Assembly: GCF_000012805.1 (NCBI RefSeq)
Contig: NC_007484.1
Location: forward strand, 2,820,001-2,852,000
DNA: 32,000 bases
DNA from: Nitrosococcus oceani ATCC 19707
GTDB lineage: Bacteria > Pseudomonadota > Gammaproteobacteria > Nitrosococcales > Nitrosococcaceae
Direction: 5' to 3'
Shown: in pieces, positions 28,931-32,000 of the stretch
Layout: every line of letters begins with the position of its first letter
How positions within the stretch are numbered: the first letter of the stretch is position 1
Program-made: the position numbers and the translations under genes
The notes under the pieces: model-generated
What the model saw: only the letters and a program-made list of their open reading frames with translations
Told to the model about the DNA's origin: nothing
The model's database searches: none

Positions 28931-29091
28931 ATTGATAGCCTCCTATTTGACTGAAACCATTGTAATAGTGATGACACTTGACCAGCCATGAAACACCGGC
29001 CCTTAGGCCCTCACTTCCTATATGCTTCCCTCGTTTTAAGTTTATTACTTTGAGGGAATATCAAATCCTTTCTTATAACCATGCAAGTCCT

Positions 29092-29307
29092 TTAGCAACT
29101 AAGTGTAGCACTCGTGTAAAGCCTGTCAAGCCATAATAAACACGAATTTTTAATACTTTTTTCACCATCTACTTTTGGAAAAATCCAATGGCTCGTACAG
29201 TATGGAGAGTTCATCATAGCTGATAACGCCCACGAGCTTGGGGCACCATTAATCTGCTGGAAAGGGACAGCCTGTCTCCTCACTTCTTTGGTGCTTCTAT
29301 TTCTCAT
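29092..29307 (-). CDS. amoR: Small ORF in the position reported for amoR (orf1) upstream of amoC; function unknown
   Basis: 71-72 codon ORF (ATG at 29307, TTG at 29310), same strand as amoC and 161 nt upstream of it. There are no motifs, and I cannot verify sequence identity to the published AmoR. Only position and size support the call. Confidence 0.35.
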   Translation of the reverse strand: MRNRSTKEVRRQAVPFQQINGAPSSWALSAMMNSPYCTSHWIFPKVDGEKSIKNSCLLWLDRLYTSATLSC

Positions 29308-29368
29308 CAATCTTTTTTTGGAATGTTATGATTTGGGATCTCTATAATTTCGGTAAAAATTCTCATCC

Positions 29369-30205
29369 ATGGCTACGCTTATTCTTCAAGGACCCCGATT
29401 AACTCTGGATCTCGCTAATAAAATTTCCCAACAAACAAATACCGAGCTTCACTCACACGGAGCCCATTATCGGCTTTATGGCAAGCAACCATTTTCCCCT
29501 CAAACCTTGGCGACACTGCGCTCAACCCATAATAGCCTTGATATTAACCTTTTTCCCGAGAACTACCACCCTGAGCAGATACGCCTTTTTGTTACTGACA
29601 TGGATTCCACTTTTATTAACATCGAATGTATTAATGAAATCGCTGCCTTTGCCGGTAAAGAAGCACAGGTCAGCGCGATTACCACCGCCGCTATGCGGGG
29701 TGAAATCAATTTCGAAACTTCGCTCATCCAACGAGTCAAGCTATTGGCAGGTATTTCTATCAATGTCCTCGCCGAAATCTATGAAAAACGTCTTACTATC
29801 AATCCGGGCGGGGAATGCTTACTGGCCGCACTCAAACAACGTGATATTAAGATCGCCTTGGTCTCCGGCGGCTTTACCTACTTTACCGAACGTTTGAAGC
29901 AAGAATACGATTTGGACTATACGTTGGCCAACCAGCTAGAAGTTAGGAATAATCGGCTTACCGGTACCCTTGCAGGCCAGATTGTAGGAGCCAGTGCTAA
30001 GGCTAGGTTTTTGCTTATGTTATGCGAAAAATTAGCCATCAAACCTCGGCAAACAATCGCCATCGGTGATGGAGCTAATGATTTGGAGATGTTGAAGGTC
30101 GCGGGACTTAGCATAGCTTACCATGCTAAACCAAAAGTACAGGCAGCAACCCAGGTAACTCTTAACCATACTACCCTAGATGGAATTTTGCCGTTTTTAT
30201 TATAA
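29369..30205 (+). CDS. serB: Phosphoserine phosphatase (HAD, SerB type with N-terminal ACT-like extension)
   Basis: 278 aa with HAD motif I (VTDMDSTFI), VSGGF, and motif IV (IGDGANDLEML). Confidence 0.9.
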   Translation: MATLILQGPRLTLDLANKISQQTNTELHSHGAHYRLYGKQPFSPQTLATLRSTHNSLDINLFPENYHPEQIRLFVTDMDSTFINIECINEIAAFAGKEAQVSAITTAAMRGEINFETSLIQRVKLLAGISINVLAEIYEKRLTINPGGECLLAALKQRDIKIALVSGGFTYFTERLKQEYDLDYTLANQLEVRNNRLTGTLAGQIVGASAKARFLLMLCEKLAIKPRQTIAIGDGANDLEMLKVAGLSIAYHAKPKVQAATQVTLNHTTLDGILPFLL

Positions 30206-30381
30206 AAACAGCCATTCTGGGTCGAATAAATTTCTTATGCCCCACCCTACTACAAGTAAGGATTTAACGATCTCTCAGCCAAAATTTTGAAAATAGAGAT
30301 GAGGCATCGAAATAAATAAACTCTTCTTGGCTAGCGTTAAGCAGCAGAGTGCTCTGCGGGATCGAATGTTGGGTCTTCGCG

Positions 30382-30422
30382 CTTACCTGTATTTGCGTGC
30401 CCCGTCTGCAAATACAGGTAAG
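30382..30422 (+). terminator. Hairpin between the convergent serB and copper-protein genes
   Basis: Perfect 15-bp inverted repeat CTTACCTGTATTTGC / GCAAATACAGGTAAG with an 11-nt loop. TATTTCTTC follows on the plus strand. It lies 177 nt after the serB stop and 96 nt after the stop of the minus-strand gene. Confidence 0.5.
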
Positions 30423-30517
30423 TATTTCTTCGCTACTTGACTATTTTATTATTTAGCTTCTTGCATGGGGCTTTACCCCAATTTACTACCCAGAGTAGTA
30501 GCCAACAGGCTACTTGA

Positions 30518-31537
30518 TTACAAGCGCCACCGTTTGCGCTGTTTGGTTTCTGGCCCAAAATTCTGTACTTGCTCCGATGATTCTCTACGCTTTTTGCTAA
30601 GTCGCCCCAAACCGATCATCGCCAGAGCCAAACCTATTGCCCCTGCGCCTAAAGAAGAACCTATGACGCTCCAGCTCGCTTCCATTTGATAGGAATCCGG
30701 ATAGTTTGGGGCTGTTAATCCTGGAATGCTAGGAAAGTCCTGATCCCCACTCCCTACTTTCAATTGGGCTTTCATCCCTTTTTCTGTATGCTGAGCGATA
30801 TCGCAATGGACAAAATAAGTTTTCTCAACGCTCGGCACAATAAAAGTTCCCGTCCGGCGACCGGGGCCAGCTAATTCGAGGTGAAACATTCCCTGAGGAT
30901 AAAGATACCCCGGCAACATGTGAACCATCCACTGGTGGCGAATATCGTCTTCATTGATAAAGGTGACCGTGATTCGAGTACAGGGCTTGACCTTCCATTC
31001 ATGCTGATCATAACCAAATACCGTTCCCGGAAAATCCTTAGCATACTTAGTTCCTGCTCGCACCGTAATTTCCACATCACCTGCAAGTTTGGGGCAGTCG
31101 CGAGGCAGGTTATCCGTATTCTCATTCATGACCATACCATGAGCATCCATGTCCATCATGTGGTGTTCGTGTTCAAATTCATGATGAATATGGCCTTCTT
31201 CTTCCTGCGGAGGGGCAGTTACCTTAACATCTGCCGTCCTTGGGCCATGTTCATGGTGATGGTGGTGCATTGGCTCCTCTTCAGTTGCCGCTGATTCTTC
31301 CTCGGTCGAAACATCTGCTGCTGGAACCTGGGCAGAAGCTTTTTCTTCCGGCGCGGGTTCCAGCCGCCCCTTCTCCTGGGATTCCACGTCCCTAGGATGC
31401 TCGTGATGATGATGCTCCGGCGCGGCAGCCTCCGATGGCAATTTATCCTGCTTTGGGCCGTCAGCCGATTCCACAGCGGCGGCACCTAACGAAAGCATAA
31501 GCGCCGCACTAAATATGAATAATTGATAACCCATCAT
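30518..31537 (-). CDS. Membrane-anchored His/Met-rich blue (type-1) copper protein, azurin-like cupredoxin domain
   Basis: 339 aa, starting with a signal peptide (MMGYQLFIFSAALMLSLGAAA). An acidic low-complexity region follows, carrying three His clusters (EHHHHEH; MHHHHHEH; GHIHHEFEHEHHMMDMDAHGMVM). The cupredoxin domain has IRHQWMV (compare azurin GHNWV) and FVHCDIAQHTEKGM, i.e. Cys-x4-His-x4-Met. A C-terminal TM helix (VIGSSLGAGAIGLALAMIGLG) and basic tail close the protein. Confidence 0.75.
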   Translation of the reverse strand: MMGYQLFIFSAALMLSLGAAAVESADGPKQDKLPSEAAAPEHHHHEHPRDVESQEKGRLEPAPEEKASAQVPAADVSTEEESAATEEEPMHHHHHEHGPRTADVKVTAPPQEEEGHIHHEFEHEHHMMDMDAHGMVMNENTDNLPRDCPKLAGDVEITVRAGTKYAKDFPGTVFGYDQHEWKVKPCTRITVTFINEDDIRHQWMVHMLPGYLYPQGMFHLELAGPGRRTGTFIVPSVEKTYFVHCDIAQHTEKGMKAQLKVGSGDQDFPSIPGLTAPNYPDSYQMEASWSVIGSSLGAGAIGLALAMIGLGRLSKKRRESSEQVQNFGPETKQRKRWRL

Positions 31538-31544
31538 GTTCTAT

Positions 31545-32000
31545 TTATACCTCCTTGGAGCGCCGCTTCAAGATCATGATTGAGCGAATCCCAATGACGA
31601 TACCCCCGAGCAATAATCCCACGCCAAAAGCAAGCAAAGCAGGCTGAATGCGAAGTTGATCTGGTACTTTACTAATCTCGCCAAACAGATTTTCTTGATC
31701 AAAACTTGCCCATACCGGCACTTCCTTTTGATAAAATTCCTTACTAAAATAAGGTTTTAAATCAACCCCCCTACCGAGCGGCATACCCTCTTCGCCGAGA
31801 AATGACTCATAAACAATGCTGGTCACGTCTCCGCCAGGATTCATCCCATCAGTGGTAACGGCCCGCTCCGTATGATCATGCAACAACCAGATCCCTTCCC
31901 CATAGCTGTGGAAACCATCAATACTGGTATTCAGAGCAAGATCAATGCGCTGGGCGGGTCCTAGCTCATAAACATCCCGCGTGATCCATGCCTCTGGGTT
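31545..32000 (-). CDS. Multicopper-oxidase-like protein, C-terminal part only (5' end outside window), with C-terminal TM anchor
   Basis: The reading frame is open to the window edge; I translated 31887-32000 by hand as NPEAWITRDVYELGPAQRIDLALNTSIDGFHSYGEGIW. It continues LLHDHTERAVTTDGM, which aligns by eye with the MCO C-terminal motif G-x-W-x-x-H-C-H-x3-H-x3-GM, but with Asp at the Cys position and no His at the next ligand position. C-terminal TM helix (ALLAFGVGLLLGGIVIGIRSIMIL). The stop is 7 nt before the next gene's ATG. Confidence 0.5.
   Translation of the reverse strand, partial: NPEAWITRDVYELGPAQRIDLALNTSIDGFHSYGEGIWLLHDHTERAVTTDGMNPGGDVTSIVYESFLGEEGMPLGRGVDLKPYFSKEFYQKEVPVWASFDQENLFGEISKVPDQLRIQPALLAFGVGLLLGGIVIGIRSIMILKRRSKEV

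Noticed and set aside
28931-29091. Sigma-70-like hexamers upstream of amoC (e.g. TTGCAT-18-GATATT and TACAAT on the minus strand)
   Set aside because: Several equally weak candidates exist in AT-rich DNA. Without a mapped transcription start none can be preferred, so no promoter feature is reported.
30465-31485. Alternate-frame ORFs inside the His-rich cupredoxin gene (30465..30689 +, 30871..31125 -, 30881..31294 +, 31219..31485 -)
   Set aside because: All are nested in a gene with a coherent architecture of signal peptide, cupredoxin domain and TM anchor. The repetitive CAT/CAC-rich DNA keeps the other frames open.
1-32000. Search for CRISPR arrays, tRNA/rRNA genes, IS or transposase, integrase, toxin-antitoxin or defence genes
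   Set aside because: No regularly spaced direct repeats were seen. No intergenic region is long enough or shaped like a tRNA or rRNA. Every long ORF is accounted for by metabolic or envelope functions. I found nothing to report in these classes.

Overview
This looks like a chromosomal segment of a gammaproteobacterial ammonia oxidiser. I call it Nitrosococcus-like from the AmoC/AmoA/AmoB protein sequences and the amoCAB-amoD layout; that is recognition from memory, not a database hit. Contents, left to right: (1) 268-8144, minus strand: a translationally coupled surface-polysaccharide cluster. It holds a Wzx flippase, three GT1 glycosyltransferases, an AsnB-like amidotransferase and a WecA-like initiating transferase, with cysC just upstream. 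(2) 9248-11426, plus strand: manC and an RfaH-like antiterminator. (3) 11427-17802, minus strand: an Rrf2 regulator followed by sufB-C-D-S-U-T, with a palindromic operator in front of the regulator. (4) 18143-23621, plus strand: rpe-gph-trpE-G-D-C, with a candidate 19-codon Trp-rich leader peptide upstream of trpE. (5) 23668-24702, minus strand: two small envelope proteins of unknown function. (6) 24881-29310, minus strand: the ammonia monooxygenase operon, a candidate amoR then amoC-amoA-amoB-amoD, punctuated by three hairpins. (7) serB. (8) 30518-32000, minus strand: two co-oriented, C-terminally membrane-anchored copper-protein genes. One is a multicopper-oxidase-like protein whose type-1 Cys position reads Asp and which is cut by the window edge. 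The other is a His/Met-rich blue-copper protein. I found no rRNA, tRNA, CRISPR array, transposase, integrase, phage gene or recognisable defence gene. Most of the window is ordinary housekeeping. The least-explained parts are the copper-protein pair, the amo-flanking RNA motifs and the trp leader. Gene starts were checked by eye against the sequence. The ORF track uses TTG/GTG starts in several places, and I moved some starts to a nearby ATG that has a Shine-Dalgarno sequence.
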